From NCBI GenBank assembly GCA_964016885.1, contig OZ024741.1, forward strand, positions 66,836,001-66,900,000: a stretch of DNA of 64,000 nt, written 5' to 3'. Below, in pieces: positions 63,121 through 64,000 of the stretch. The position numbers and the translations under genes are program-made. The stretch's first letter is position 1; each line of letters starts with the position of its first letter. The stretch comes from Eledone cirrhosa (taxonomy: Eukaryota). The notes below the pieces were generated by a model, which saw only the letters and a list, made by a program, of their open reading frames with translations, was not told where the DNA came from and ran no database searches.

Positions 63121-63125
<5 letters not shown>
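61872..63125 (-). mobile_element. Family B tandem array (514-bp period, ~1.9 units) plus inverted arm; HHRs at 61921-61963 and 62435-62477
   Basis: Direct repeat with offset 514; 62846-63125 is inverted; no ORF. Minus strand ACGGTG-CTGATGA-TAGCT AACA AGCTT-GAAA-CTAG-TA^CATCGT. Confidence 0.88.
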
Positions 63126-63202
<77 letters not shown>

Positions 63203-63371
63203 ACAGTTGTATCAGACGTGTATGTCATCTAATCAACCACAAAGCGACATGTAGTTAATGACTATATATACCGATTCTGAAATGGCCATACTAATTCGCA
63301 TATAACTGGCGCTCATGTTGGTAATCAATTAAGTTATATAATTTTCTTGTGCTTGATTGGATAATATACAA

Positions 63372-63410
63372 ATCTTCTGATGAGGTAAAATGCGAAAATC
63401 GATTAAATAT
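63372..63410 (+). ncRNA. Minimal hammerhead-like motif within an old fold-back insert (~63265-63690)
   Basis: CTGATGA-GGTA AAA TGC-GAAA-ATCGAT-TA. Stem I is imperfect, and diverged inverted arms flank it. Confidence 0.55.
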
Positions 63411-63967
63411 GTTTATCCATTTTTCAATTTACAAGAATATTTGTATTTTCTGGCGTGTTTATATACCTACAAATTAGATAAGTGTATATATTAGATAAAT
63501 GTATTTATTTATACATGTTGGAGCAGTCAAGGTTACATTATTACAGGTATTTATGCAGATATGACTTTATCAGACACTTCGACTGCTAGCGCATATCTCA
63601 CTATATATCTCAATTAATTACCAACGCAAACGCAAATTATATGCAAATTAGTATGCCCGTTTCAGAATAATACTAAGAGTGATGTATATTTAAACCCAAC
63701 AAATTGATCTTGCTTCAAGATATATCTGAGTGCCTAGGAAGGTATATGTCAATTTGCCATGTATTTTATACAATATACTATATGTACGTATGTGTATATA
63801 TATATATATATATATATACACGCATATATATATATGCGTATATATATATATATATACGCATATATATATATGTATATATATATATGCATATATATATACG
63901 CATATATATATGCATGTGTGTCTGTGTGTATGTATGTGGTACACAAGAACAACATGCATTCATACTC

Positions 63968-63999
<32 letters not shown>

Positions 64000-64000
64000 T

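Overview
This is AT-rich, microsatellite-saturated eukaryotic DNA. The SINE types and the (TA)n/(CA)n/(GA)n/(TACA)n load point to an octopus/cephalopod intergenic or intronic region (inference). I found no convincing host protein-coding gene, and almost all short ORFs in the track are microsatellite artefacts. The window is a retroelement nest containing: five Penelope-like element (PLE) bodies or fragments, one nearly intact (RT + GIY-YIG, 45431-47658, minus strand); R4/Dong-like, Tx1/L1-like, RTE and CRE-like LINE fragments; tRNA-head SINEs; RTE-derived bipartite short elements; and two MITEs. The main hidden signal is about 25 type-I hammerhead ribozyme (HHR) motifs from about 15 unrelated sequence families, read by eye on both strands. 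Many sit in ORF-less elements of 0.4-0.7 kb. These elements are tandem or circularly permuted, folded back on themselves and inserted almost exclusively in (TA)n. That pattern suggests a retrozyme-like, probably PLE-mobilised, self-cleaving (possibly circular) RNA system. Two HHR families carry the compensatory U3-A8 core (UUGANAA). All structures were folded manually, and ribozyme activity is untested.
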